A stretch of 64,000 nucleotides of DNA from Candidatus Melainabacteria bacterium 17Bon1m. GTDB lineage: Bacteria > Cyanobacteriota > Vampirovibrionia > Obscuribacterales > Obscuribacteraceae. Location: positions 960,001 to 1,024,000 of the forward strand of contig JAVLKG010000002.1 of the NCBI GenBank assembly GCA_032128875.1. Direction: 5' to 3'. The notes below the pieces were generated by a model, which was not told the DNA's origin, did no database searches, and saw only the letters and a program-made list of their open reading frames with translations. The position numbers and the translations under genes were made by a program. Below, in pieces: positions 54,838 through 64,000 of the stretch; the first letter of the stretch is position 1; each line of letters opens with the position of its first letter.

Positions 54838-55764
54838 TCACGGACTCCATACCGCCTTTTCTTCTGCAGTGAAGTCTCCCAGCGTTTTCCACTCAGGATT
54901 AAGTCTCACTCCAAATTTTTCCATCACTCTATCTTGCATCTTGTGAAGCAAGGTCGTTACTTGATCTGAAGTCGCGCCGCCCAGATTGATAACGAAATTA
55001 GCATGCAGAGCGGAAACTGCCGCTTGACCCTCTTTCAGTTCCTTGGCGCCGGATTGGTCTAATAACATCCCGGCTGCGCGGGTAGGTTCCGGATTTTTGA
55101 AAGTGCTGCCGGCATTGGGAAAGCCAATGGGCTGCGTGCGCAGACGGTATTCTTCGTTGTGTCTTATGCGCACTTCAATCTCTTCAGGGCGATCGGTATT
55201 CAATCGCAATTTTGCTGACAAAACCGCATGCTTTGCTGGATCGAGGGCGCATCGTCGGTATTGAAAACCGAGTTCGTCCTTTTTCAGTGTGACAACTTTA
55301 TTGATTGTCGAATCATAGACAGAGATTTCTTCTACTATTTCCGACATCGAGCTTCCGTGTGCTCCGGCATTCATGATAACGCCGCCGCCTACCGTACCTG
55401 GAATTCCAGCGGCAAATTCCAAACCACAAAGACCCCATTGAGCAGCGTGTCTTGCCAAATGCGGCAGCCGTGAGCCGGCGCCAGCTTCAATTAAATTGCT
55501 TTCCAGTCGTTCCACTGCTGTTATTTGAGTGGTTCTAATTACGGTGCCGGAAAAGCCTTTCGATGATATGAGCAGATTGGAGCCGCCGCCCAAAACGAAC
55601 CATTCTTCGTTGTTCTTAGCTAATTCGTCGACTATCGACGCCAGTTCTGCAACTGTCGACGGTTGAATCAGACGTTTTGCCTCGCCGCCAATCTTGAGCG
55701 TTGTGTATCGAGCGAGTGGCGCGTCAAATTGGTCTTCTTTTATCCCTGGCTTTTTTTCAAGCAT
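54838..55764 (-). CDS. murB: UDP-N-acetylenolpyruvoylglucosamine reductase
   Basis: LGGGSNLL, GIPGTVGG..MNAGAHG, NAGSTFKNP, HANFVIN. Confidence 0.96.
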   Translation of the reverse strand: MLEKKPGIKEDQFDAPLARYTTLKIGGEAKRLIQPSTVAELASIVDELAKNNEEWFVLGGGSNLLISSKGFSGTVIRTTQITAVERLESNLIEAGAGSRLPHLARHAAQWGLCGLEFAAGIPGTVGGGVIMNAGAHGSSMSEIVEEISVYDSTINKVVTLKKDELGFQYRRCALDPAKHAVLSAKLRLNTDRPEEIEVRIRHNEEYRLRTQPIGFPNAGSTFKNPEPTRAAGMLLDQSGAKELKEGQAAVSALHANFVINLGGATSDQVTTLLHKMQDRVMEKFGVRLNPEWKTLGDFTAEEKAVWSP

Positions 55765-57239
55765 TTGATGAGCTCGCTGCCAACATCAGTAATATCACCG
55801 GCGCCAATGGTCAAAACCAGATCGTTTGGCTGGAGATGACCGGCAATTTTTTCAGGCAATTCCGCCGTTTTTCCTGCCAGATGTTTTGCATTGGCATGCT
55901 TCATTTCGCTGACGAAACGCTCTGAGGTTATGCCGTCAATGTTGCCGCCGCGTGCAACATAGATGTCTGTGATGAGGACAAGATCGGCACCATCGAATGA
56001 CTTGAGAAACTCATTCCAAAGATCGCGCAAGCGCCCAGGCTGGTGAGGTTGGAAAACAGCAACCACGCGCGATTTTTTGCCGTTGGTGTTTTTAGCGATC
56101 AGGTATTGTTGAGCCGCTTGCAGTGTGGCGACAACTTCTGTCGGGTGGTGTGCGTAATCGTCGACGATAAGGGTGCCATCAACATCACCTTTGATCTGAA
56201 AACGGCGTGCGACACCACCAAATGTTTCCATAGAGCGCGCGGCAGTTTCAAACGGAATACCAAGCTCCATGCCGGAAACTATTGCGGCAAGAGCGTTCTG
56301 CTTGTTGTGCTCGCCTGGAACTTTGAGTGTCAGTTCTCCAAGCATCTTGTCTTTTTTGTACACTTTCATGCCGAAGCCGTTTAATGATTCATAGCGATAA
56401 TCAGCTTCAGGAGCCAAATCTACGCGTCCGTAAGTAACTGTCGGTTTCGTAATCCGCTTGAGCAGCTTCTTGCAGCCTGCATCATCAATGCAAACAATAA
56501 CTTTGTTATCGCAATGGGCTGCAAATTCGAGCATGGCGTCTTCGATTTGCGCCATTCCGCCCGGGTAATTCTCCAAATGGTCTGGCTCTATATTTGTAAT
56601 TACAGCCAGGTGAGACGGCAATTTCGAATGTGTACCATCGGACTCGTCAGCTTCCGCTACAAAGTAGCCGCCCTGTCCATATCGTGCATTGCTGCCGATT
56701 CTCTCGAAAATCCCGCCGACTACGACGGATGGGTCTAGCCCTCCATCGATGAGTACTTGAGAAACCATGCCTGTTGTGGTGGTCTTGCCGTGTGTGCCGG
56801 TGATTGCCACCATTTTGGATTTGGAGCCCAAAGCAGCCAGCATTTGCGAACGGTGAAAAACAGGAAGATTTTTGGCGCGTGCGGCGGCCAGTTCGGGATT
56901 TTCATTGACGATTGCTGTCGAGATAACAAGACTGCCCGCATCGACAACGTTTTCAGCGACATGCCCGATGAATATCTTCGCTCCCAACTCGGCTAATTCG
57001 TTTGTGATTTCGCCCGCTTGTTTGTCTGAGCCTGATACAGCTTTGCCTTCGCGCAGGAGCAAACGCGCTAACGCCGACATACCGATGCCGCCGATGCCTA
57101 TGAAGTGCACCGGTTCGGCCAGATTGTCGAGCTTGATATCGGTTGTTTGCAATGCTGCCTGCTTGTTGCCGCCCAATTGGGAAAATGTACCGTCTATTTC
57201 CAATGTATGTTCAAAACCGCCTGTGATATTACTGCTCAT
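55740..57239 (-). CDS. murC: UDP-N-acetylmuramate--L-alanine ligase
   Basis: HFIGIGGIGMSALA, GTHGKTTTT, EADESD, DDYAHHPTE, FQPH. Confidence 0.96.
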   Translation of the reverse strand: MSSNITGGFEHTLEIDGTFSQLGGNKQAALQTTDIKLDNLAEPVHFIGIGGIGMSALARLLLREGKAVSGSDKQAGEITNELAELGAKIFIGHVAENVVDAGSLVISTAIVNENPELAAARAKNLPVFHRSQMLAALGSKSKMVAITGTHGKTTTTGMVSQVLIDGGLDPSVVVGGIFERIGSNARYGQGGYFVAEADESDGTHSKLPSHLAVITNIEPDHLENYPGGMAQIEDAMLEFAAHCDNKVIVCIDDAGCKKLLKRITKPTVTYGRVDLAPEADYRYESLNGFGMKVYKKDKMLGELTLKVPGEHNKQNALAAIVSGMELGIPFETAARSMETFGGVARRFQIKGDVDGTLIVDDYAHHPTEVVATLQAAQQYLIAKNTNGKKSRVVAVFQPHQPGRLRDLWNEFLKSFDGADLVLITDIYVARGGNIDGITSERFVSEMKHANAKHLAGKTAELPEKIAGHLQPNDLVLTIGAGDITDVGSELIKCLKKSQG

Positions 57240-57410
57240 AGACTCCTTCTACATATGTATTGGAAATTCATTGAACTACAAGAACCAAACTACGTCCCGC
57301 TTTCAGCCGATTTCCACAATCAATATTACCGGAAAAGCCGCTCCGCTCAATGTTTTTTGAGGCGAAAGTTGGCGGCTAAATTCGGCTGGAGCGAATTTTA
57401 AATAAGTGCC

Positions 57411-57438
57411 AAAAAGCCGACGCCGTTTGGCGCCGACC
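57411..57438 (-). terminator. Intrinsic terminator of rpsT
   Basis: Minus strand GGTCGGCGCC-AAAC-GGCGTCGGCT followed by TTTT. Confidence 0.75.
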
Positions 57439-57463
57439 TATAGAGCATTTGATTGTCTTTCGA

Positions 57464-57733
57464 CTACTTGGCTGAAATCGCCAGAACTTTGCCGGCCAGA
57501 CGAGATTTTCTTCTGGCTGCTGCGTTCTTATGCAAAACTCCCTTTGCCACTGCTTTATCGATTACTTCGTAAGCATGGCTGAGAGCTTCTTTGGCGTCTT
57601 TTGCACTGGCCGATTTGACTGCATCTGCAACGTCGTTGCGGACGGTGCGGACGGCGGATTTCCATGTTCTGTTGCGAAGGCGGTTGCGCTCGGCAACGAG
57701 TACACGTTTTTTAGCTGACTTGATATTAGGCAC
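57464..57733 (-). CDS. rpsT: 30S ribosomal protein S20
   Basis: (M)PNIKSAKKR, IDKAVAKGVLHKNAAARRKSRLA. Confidence 0.97.
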   Translation of the reverse strand: MPNIKSAKKRVLVAERNRLRNRTWKSAVRTVRNDVADAVKSASAKDAKEALSHAYEVIDKAVAKGVLHKNAAARRKSRLAGKVLAISAK

Positions 57734-57905
57734 GGCTTAGAATCCTGACCTGTTGTACGTTTCGAGTTCGGTATTCTAACACATGTCCTTCGGATAACGG
57801 GTCAGCCAGGGTTTGCGCCGTAAATGGATGCTTACAAAAGTTCAGGTGCTTTTCTTAGTTTGATCTCAAACTTCGCTCCACTTTGCTTGCGCCTGTATAA
57901 GCCCT

Positions 57906-57942
57906 GAAAAACAAGACGGGCGCGCTCTTTAGGCGTGCCCGT
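57906..57942 (-). terminator. Intrinsic terminator after the small hypothetical gene
   Basis: ACGGGCGCGC/GCGTGCCCGT stem with CTTGTTTTT on the minus strand. Confidence 0.65.
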
Positions 57943-57971
57943 AAAACTCAAACAGCAGACTCAACCGGCTC

Positions 57972-58442
57972 TTAGAAATTGTTGGGATCGATGGTCGGAC
58001 CCTGTTGTTTCTTCGGATCCGGTCCGCTGGTCTGCGATCCGCCCTTGTTTTTGACAGAATTTTCACCAGGCGGTCCGGTCAGGGTCAAAATACCTGCCAT
58101 CAATTTGCCGTATCCACCTTTGTCTGCCTGGCTTTGAGCCCAGTCGACCGCGGCTTGAGCTCCATCTTTGCAATACTGCTCTACGTTGGGACCGGCGAGG
58201 GTAGCTCGGTGCGCCGTGATGTTTTCGCAATTTTTTGACTTAGAAAAATCATCCAGTACTTGATCGGCAGTCTTAAATTTATTGTCACCAACTTTCTTGA
58301 CTTCTTTCTTGTCGATTACTTCTTTCTTGTCTTGCTTCTCTTTGTTTTTGCTTTCGTAGGCTTCGCGATGCATTTGCGCGGAGCCGTCATTATTCTTATC
58401 TCCGCCGCCTTTTGGTACTTCTCTGCCTACATCTCTGCTCAT
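57972..58442 (-). CDS. Hypothetical hydrophilic protein (~156 aa)
   Basis: AGGAG RBS before ATG 58442 (MSRDVGRE); has its own terminator. Confidence 0.65.
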   Translation of the reverse strand: MSRDVGREVPKGGGDKNNDGSAQMHREAYESKNKEKQDKKEVIDKKEVKKVGDNKFKTADQVLDDFSKSKNCENITAHRATLAGPNVEQYCKDGAQAAVDWAQSQADKGGYGKLMAGILTLTGPPGENSVKNKGGSQTSGPDPKKQQGPTIDPNNF

Positions 58443-58719
58443 AAAAGCTCCTGCCCTCAAACTGCCATGGGGTGTCTTTCGCGCTATTTTACGGGATTTA
58501 GTAACTGCCGCTCTAATTCGTCTTCTTCTTCGCAGAAGGAGGAGGGCCTGATACCTCAATTTCATAATTACCCTGTCACTCTCATCGAGTCAATGCGGTA
58601 ATTACGTAGTCACAGTGATTTCTCACTAAAAATAATACAGTGGTTGAGGGCAAACGTGTTTTTCTCGGAATCCCCGAACCACTCGTATATTGCAAGTTCC
58701 AATTCGTAAGGCAGAAGTC

Positions 58720-60255
58720 TTAATTGCTAGTCCCAGAGCTGGGTTTTACTTTCCAGTCGAATTTGTAGCGGATTTGAATATAGTGTGGCGAGCCTGCTGG
58801 CAATTTTGGCAAAGGCGATGCTGCCTTGAGTGCTGCCAAGGCTGAATCGTCTATAGCCTGATCGCCAGAACTCTCGGTAATGGTGGGGTCGATGATTGTG
58901 CCATTGCGTTTGATTGTGAAAACAGACACGACATGCTTTTCATTCATGCCTTTGGGTGGTGCCCACTTAGATTGAATCAGCTGCTTCATCTCTTTCATGT
59001 ACGGACCCATATCGACGTTCTGAGGCGGAGTATCGTCATTTTCGTCGTCGTCATCACCAGCTTCTTTTGCTGCGGGTTTAGCGGGTGCTGAAATCGGCGC
59101 CCCTTTTGCTGGTGTCGCTTTGGCTGCTGGTGTGGTTTTTGCTGCACCTGCCGGCCTGGCATCCGTGGCGGTTGCTCCCGGTGCTACCGTCAGGTCAGCG
59201 CTCGGTAAATTAGCTGCAATGAGTGTTTTCGACCTGGTCATTCTTCCTGGCGCACCATACTTGATGTCGGGCCTTTGCATTGCCAGTTGATCTAATGAAT
59301 GCCCGATATGCAATGATTTCGGTGGGATTGAACTTTTGAGTCGCACGCCCAGAGGCACATCGACAATGTCCGGACTGTCTGTTGCTGCCAAGAAAAGTGG
59401 GGTTTGGTCTTTCCCTTGAACTTGTTCTGCATCTCTTGTCACGCTTTGCGATACATACGCGGCTAATGTGGCAAGTGGCTGTGTGCCTGCATCGGCGGAC
59501 ATGCCTTCAACCAGATATTGAGTGAAGCTGGAAACCGGTGCGCTCGATGACTGTTGCGATTGCTGCATACCTTTGGTCGCCGACAAGACTGTGACGCCGC
59601 TATTTTCTGCGATTTTCTCAATGTTGAGTCCACCTTCTGCAGTGTTAGCACCGGGAGCAGGAGGCACAGCTGGTGATAGATCCAGGAATGCAACCACGCG
59701 CTTGGATTGAAGGCGTCTTTTAACATTGGCCAGTAAGCTGCTGAGTGGGATGCCTTCTACGCCTGCCTTGTCCAACTTGCTGTCGTTAGCTAGAAGCATC
59801 ACGCCCCTGCCTGCATCACCACGAACAAAGCGAGTGCAAATGTAGATGACGACGAGATCTTCAGGCAGCGCTTTTTTGCATAGCCACTCATCAGTCAGAA
59901 TATTTTCGATCGCATCTTTAGACGCCGCAGCATTGGCTATGGCCACCACATGGTCCGGCGCAAACCGACCGACTCCCACACTTTTGAAGACTTCAGTCAG
60001 CGCAGTAGTGTTTTTATACGCGAAAGGCAACGGCGTGATTGTCGGATCTTGATACCGCCCGACGCCAATGAAAACGCCCCACTTGTCTCTTATTTCAAGG
60101 GCCGCAGCCGGCTTTTTACCTTGAGAGGAGGCGCTGACTTTCGACATTGCCGCGTTTTTCATGCGTACAAGCGGGTTTTCAGCCAGAGCCGGTATGCTGC
60201 AAGGCGATTGCAGTAGACAGAGAACGGCTGAAAGTGTGAATGCGCTTTTTAGCAT
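58720..60255 (-). CDS. Exported caspase-like (peptidase C14 fold, catalytically degenerate) protein with C-terminal TonB-C domain
   Basis: Signal peptide; KWGVFIGVGRYQDP, DLVVIYICTRF, VVAFLDLS; C-terminal FTIKRNG..ESSGDQAIDDSALAALKAASPLPKLP. Confidence 0.8.
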   Translation of the reverse strand: MLKSAFTLSAVLCLLQSPCSIPALAENPLVRMKNAAMSKVSASSQGKKPAAALEIRDKWGVFIGVGRYQDPTITPLPFAYKNTTALTEVFKSVGVGRFAPDHVVAIANAAASKDAIENILTDEWLCKKALPEDLVVIYICTRFVRGDAGRGVMLLANDSKLDKAGVEGIPLSSLLANVKRRLQSKRVVAFLDLSPAVPPAPGANTAEGGLNIEKIAENSGVTVLSATKGMQQSQQSSSAPVSSFTQYLVEGMSADAGTQPLATLAAYVSQSVTRDAEQVQGKDQTPLFLAATDSPDIVDVPLGVRLKSSIPPKSLHIGHSLDQLAMQRPDIKYGAPGRMTRSKTLIAANLPSADLTVAPGATATDARPAGAAKTTPAAKATPAKGAPISAPAKPAAKEAGDDDDENDDTPPQNVDMGPYMKEMKQLIQSKWAPPKGMNEKHVVSVFTIKRNGTIIDPTITESSGDQAIDDSALAALKAASPLPKLPAGSPHYIQIRYKFDWKVKPSSGTSN

Positions 60256-62675
60256 GAAATTTCCTCTACAAACTCCTTCACTTCCTTTGAGGACGGCAGG
60301 CGGCTTTGAGCTATTTTCGGATTGACCGACTGCAATTTGGCAGATGCCTCCACGAGCCTTTCAGCGTCGGAGTTGCCAGATATCCTGTCTAATTGCTCCC
60401 GGCTGGCTGAGCGCGTTTTGCTATGTACACTGTTCTTAGACATTGTTTTGGCGCTTACCGACTCAACTCTCTCGACGATTTCCGGCTCGAGTTCATAGGT
60501 GTCGTAAATCAATCGATCGATAGACCTGTCGATGAAGAGTATCAGATCATCGGTTTTTTGTGAGCATCCATTTACTTCGAGCTTCCCAAAAGAGCCGAAA
60601 GGGATCAATTCCGCAATGGATCTCGTCAGGTAAGAAATGAGCCGTGCGCGTTCCTCAGTCAACATTTGCAAGGGCATCGATTCAACTGTGTCGATGTCCA
60701 CTTGCGCTAAAGCTCGACCGGCCTCGCGGGTTCGCAAACGATAGAGATGTTTCCATAAAGTCGAGTTGATCAGTGCACACAGGCTGATAAGGTCCAGTGA
60801 TGGGTCTTTGCTCAGGGCTGGGGAAAAACTATGCACGTTGTTCAAATGGTACAAACCGCTCTCATCGTAGGCGCAGACGAGTGAATCACCCGTTTGCCGA
60901 ACGAGAATTTTTGGATTTTGAATGATTTGCTCGTTAAATCCACCTTTGAAAAGTAGCTCGGGATTTACGTTTATCCAATCCCCATCCCAAACGACCATAA
61001 ACCGGCGCACTTGTGCTCCTGACGTGATTCCCCTGCGCCAGGTTGTGTTTAGCGGTTGTCTTGCCGTGATTGAATTTCTTCCGCAAAGCGAGCGTATGCC
61101 CGTGTAGCCAGACAAAACACTCTTCAGTCGTGGCATTTGATCTGTTAGCTTCAATAACTTGTGATCGTGTTTGTTGAAAATCAGCCTGAACGAGTCATTT
61201 GATTTGTCGTGCAATTCATTGATCGCTAAAGAATACTTGGTCGCATTCTCGAATTCGTCGAGGGCACCGATAGCCTGACCACTGTCATCGATGTATGTGG
61301 ACAAGTCGACTGCATAGTCTTCTGTGCATTTCTCTTTTTCGTAGTGAGCGACACACCACCTACCCACTACCGCTTCGGGAATTATGCGGGCGGGAAACTC
61401 GCTCAGTGATCGAATGCGGCAATTGGAAAGGAGCAACAAACGCAACTTACGATAATAACTGCCGGTCAGAAATCCGTCCGGAACAAGAAGTACGATACTG
61501 CCTCCGGTGGCAGTATATCTGATAGCAATGTCCTGAAAAATGGAGTGATATCGAACCTTATATTCTGCGGCCTCGAAATAGCGCCGCTTCAAAAATTTCG
61601 CAGAAGTATCCAGCAGAACCTTTTGATTTCTAGCGCCGAAGCTCACATAAGGCGGGTTTGTAATCACTAGATCAAATACATTTTTGTTGTCTGTTTGCAA
61701 TCCTGCTGCATCGAGGATCGAATCAGAAACGACAATATGTTTTCTCAACTTTTGTCCGAGTTGCTTATATAAATGTAGGCAACCAAAGCCGTCCTCTAAA
61801 CCGTCATATATAGAGGTGCAAATTTTTTCGATGTGGCGGGCGGCGCAGAGCGTGACGCTGAGCCTTGCCAGGGCTGCCGCTCTGGGATCTAACTCTTGAC
61901 CATATAAAGAATCGCACGCAAGTGCATATATGTTTTCAGCGCCGGCCGATTCCGCCAATTCAGAATCTATATATTGAATGAAGCCGCAAAGAAAGTTGCC
62001 CGTTCCGCACGAAGGATCCAGGACCTTGAAGGTTTCATCGACGTTGCCATCATTGGTGAGCTGCCGCTTAGCCAAGTGAGACGCTGATTTAGCCCGTTTA
62101 AGGCGTTTGATTAAATCAGTTGAGTAACGACGAAAGGCTATATCAAAGCAGTACTTCACTACATATGGTGGCGTATAAAACTGACCGACTATGCGTCTTC
62201 TTTCTTTAGCCTGAATATCAAAATCTACCTTCGCGCTGTTTTCCAAAGATATATCCAGGCTTTGATTGGCAATCAGCTCGAAGAGAGTTCCAAGCAGCTC
62301 AATACCAGGAGCCAGTCTTGATGAAAGCAGATTCCGAGAGATACTGACTATTTCCTCTTCCAACTCCTTTGAAATCGGGGTGGCAAATGGATATTCATTC
62401 GTCCTAACCATGTGCGATAGCAGAGCAGAAATTTTTTGCTGATCTGTTTTTGACATAGCTGATCTGCATATATGAGAACCACAAGTGGTGGCAAGCCAGA
62501 TGGCCAAAGCGCGCAATGCGTATTCATCGCAAAGCTCGGAAAGCTCCGCACTGTCAGGTATATAGGTCCGCTCACCTCTTGTATCTAATGCGTAACGGAC
62601 TGTTGCACGACCTACTGCAAGACGCAGTTGCATAAGAGCTTTTTTGCCAGAGTTTGGCGCTTTCGGCTGTTTCAT
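60249..62675 (-). CDS. N6-adenine DNA methyltransferase (gamma class, TaqI/Eco57I-like with C-terminal TRD)
   Basis: GQFYTP, VLDPSCGTGNF, ITNPPY, PKILVRQTG. Confidence 0.88.
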   Translation of the reverse strand: MKQPKAPNSGKKALMQLRLAVGRATVRYALDTRGERTYIPDSAELSELCDEYALRALAIWLATTCGSHICRSAMSKTDQQKISALLSHMVRTNEYPFATPISKELEEEIVSISRNLLSSRLAPGIELLGTLFELIANQSLDISLENSAKVDFDIQAKERRRIVGQFYTPPYVVKYCFDIAFRRYSTDLIKRLKRAKSASHLAKRQLTNDGNVDETFKVLDPSCGTGNFLCGFIQYIDSELAESAGAENIYALACDSLYGQELDPRAAALARLSVTLCAARHIEKICTSIYDGLEDGFGCLHLYKQLGQKLRKHIVVSDSILDAAGLQTDNKNVFDLVITNPPYVSFGARNQKVLLDTSAKFLKRRYFEAAEYKVRYHSIFQDIAIRYTATGGSIVLLVPDGFLTGSYYRKLRLLLLSNCRIRSLSEFPARIIPEAVVGRWCVAHYEKEKCTEDYAVDLSTYIDDSGQAIGALDEFENATKYSLAINELHDKSNDSFRLIFNKHDHKLLKLTDQMPRLKSVLSGYTGIRSLCGRNSITARQPLNTTWRRGITSGAQVRRFMVVWDGDWINVNPELLFKGGFNEQIIQNPKILVRQTGDSLVCAYDESGLYHLNNVHSFSPALSKDPSLDLISLCALINSTLWKHLYRLRTREAGRALAQVDIDTVESMPLQMLTEERARLISYLTRSIAELIPFGSFGKLEVNGCSQKTDDLILFIDRSIDRLIYDTYELEPEIVERVESVSAKTMSKNSVHSKTRSASREQLDRISGNSDAERLVEASAKLQSVNPKIAQSRLPSSKEVKEFVEEISC

Positions 62676-62927
62676 CGGACTTTACTAAGTGAATCTCTCA
62701 AACGTCCAGCAGTTCAATAATTATGCAGTGCAATCAAAAATGGCACCATACAAATTTTTCTGAAAAGGTCCGCGGAGCTTCGAGGAGAAGTTTGATTATG
62801 AAATGCAAGTTGGTGCCATTAAGGTCCGCAATTAAATTATCTACAGCTGTAGAAAACCCTGTAAAAAGCTCTGCATCCCGGATACAGTGGATGTCTTGAG
62901 ATTGACAGGTTCGGGAGCATAAACCCC

Positions 62928-63800
62928 TTGGCAGGAACTTTATATATAGTCGCTACCCCAATAGGCAACCTGAGTGATTTGAGCGATCGGGTTAAGGACG
63001 TGCTCAGGACAGCGGACTTGCTTCTTGTCGAAGACACCCGCGTGAGCGCGAAGCTGCTCAATCATTTGGATATAAAAAAGCAGCTTGTCAGCTGCCACGA
63101 ACACAATGAGAAAGAAAAGGTCGAGCTTCTTGCTCGTGCAGCGGAGCAAAACCTGAAAGTGGCATTGCTATCGGATGCTGGAACACCGTTGATTTCTGAT
63201 CCCGGTGAACATCTGGTTTCCAAAGCCGTTGAACTGGGCTTTACAGTCATTCCCATCGCTGGACCCAGCGCCTTCTTGATGGCTCTTGTCGGAAGTGGCT
63301 TGCCCTGTGACCGTTTTGCCTTCGAGGGTTTTCTGCCTGACAAGCCAAAGGACATTCGCGACAGACTCATTGGTCTTGTAAAAGACTCGCGAACACTGGT
63401 TTTTTACGTGTCGCCGCATAAATTGGAACGTACCCTGGCGGAGGTAAAAGCCCTGTTCGGTAGCCGAAAAGCGTGTTTGGCGCGTGAATTGACCAAGCTG
63501 CACGAAGAATTCATTCGAGGAACAGTAGATGAAATAGCCCAGAAATGTGCCAGTGCTGAGTGGCGAGGCGAGTTTGTTCTTGTTATTCAAGGCAACATAG
63601 AAATAGAGTCAGAGGACATTTCCCTCAGCCAAAATGAGTACGAAGAATATGTCCGAGTGCGCTTGGAGCAAGGCGATCGTGCCTCTGAGGTTGCACAAGA
63701 TGCGGCAAAACTTTTCAAACGAAAACGCTCCGACGTTTATCGCCTCGTTGTTGACTACCAGAAAGGGCGACATACCCAGCTCGGGGAGTGCGATAATTGA
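62928..63800 (+). CDS. rsmI: 16S rRNA (C1402-2'-O)-methyltransferase
   Basis: LYIVATPIGNLSD, EDTR, SDAGTPLISDPG, FEGFLP, ARELTKLHEE. Confidence 0.96.
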   Translation: MAGTLYIVATPIGNLSDLSDRVKDVLRTADLLLVEDTRVSAKLLNHLDIKKQLVSCHEHNEKEKVELLARAAEQNLKVALLSDAGTPLISDPGEHLVSKAVELGFTVIPIAGPSAFLMALVGSGLPCDRFAFEGFLPDKPKDIRDRLIGLVKDSRTLVFYVSPHKLERTLAEVKALFGSRKACLARELTKLHEEFIRGTVDEIAQKCASAEWRGEFVLVIQGNIEIESEDISLSQNEYEEYVRVRLEQGDRASEVAQDAAKLFKRKRSDVYRLVVDYQKGRHTQLGECDN

Positions 63801-63857
63801 AAAGTGCCGAAACCGAAAAATCGAGCACAAAATAAACAGCGGCTGTGAAAGTTTTTT

Positions 63858-64000
63858 GTGTTTCAAAAAGGCAAAGCATACAAAGTAAAAGTTGAAGCGT
63901 CGCCTGGCGAAGTGGGCTTTGGGCGCGCAACTATCGTCGACAAGATCGGCGAGAAGATTTTGGTTCAACTAAAAACAAGTCGTGAAGCCAATAAAGTCCT
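63858..64000 (+). CDS. Partial hypothetical protein running off the window end
   Basis: GTG 63858 opens (M)FQKGKAYKVKVEASPGEVGFGRATIVDKIGEKILVQLK with no stop before the edge. Confidence 0.5.
   Translation, partial: MFQKGKAYKVKVEASPGEVGFGRATIVDKIGEKILVQLKTSREANKV

Noticed and set aside
62801-62820. Sigma54 promoter on the minus strand (TGGCACCAACTTGCA)
   Set aside because: GG-to-GC spacing is 9 nt instead of the required 10.
1-64000. CRISPR arrays, rRNA genes, IS elements
   Set aside because: No regularly spaced repeats, rRNA-like tracts or transposase/integrase motifs were seen.

Overview
Bacterial chromosomal window of roughly balanced GC. The gene content suggests a non-photosynthetic cyanobacterial relative (Melainabacteria/Vampirovibrionia, Obscuribacterales-like); this is inferred from a stand-alone NdhB/NuoN, a single LptF/G gene, many TPR proteins and no photosynthesis genes. 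Most of it is housekeeping: xfp-ackA, mutS2, suhB, ileS, potC, ygfZ-TPR/iscA, aroQ/aroK, lptC-A-B-F/G, carA, nuoN, tRNA-Arg(CCT), ddl/murF/murB/murC, rpsT and rsmI. The most notable observations are these. (1) A separately promoted two-gene module encodes a vWA/MIDAS protein and a divergent adenylosuccinate-synthetase-like enzyme that keeps the catalytic core but has lost the aspartate-binding loop; it has a candidate NrtR-type operator and a ~195-nt structured leader. (2) An Ile-rich leader peptide with mutually exclusive antiterminator/terminator hairpins lies before ileS, consistent with ribosome-mediated attenuation. (3) Two adjacent giant proteins (~1800 and ~1016 aa) share an N-terminal motif, split TPR-like repeats and Gly-zipper hydrophobic C-terminal halves, and are followed by a GT2/GT-C pair. 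(4) LptA has three tandem jellyroll repeats. (5) A catalytically dead, exported caspase-fold/TonB-C fusion is coupled to an orphan DNA methyltransferase. No CRISPR array, rRNA, integrase or transposase was seen. All calls come from reading motifs by eye; no database searches or folding programs were run.
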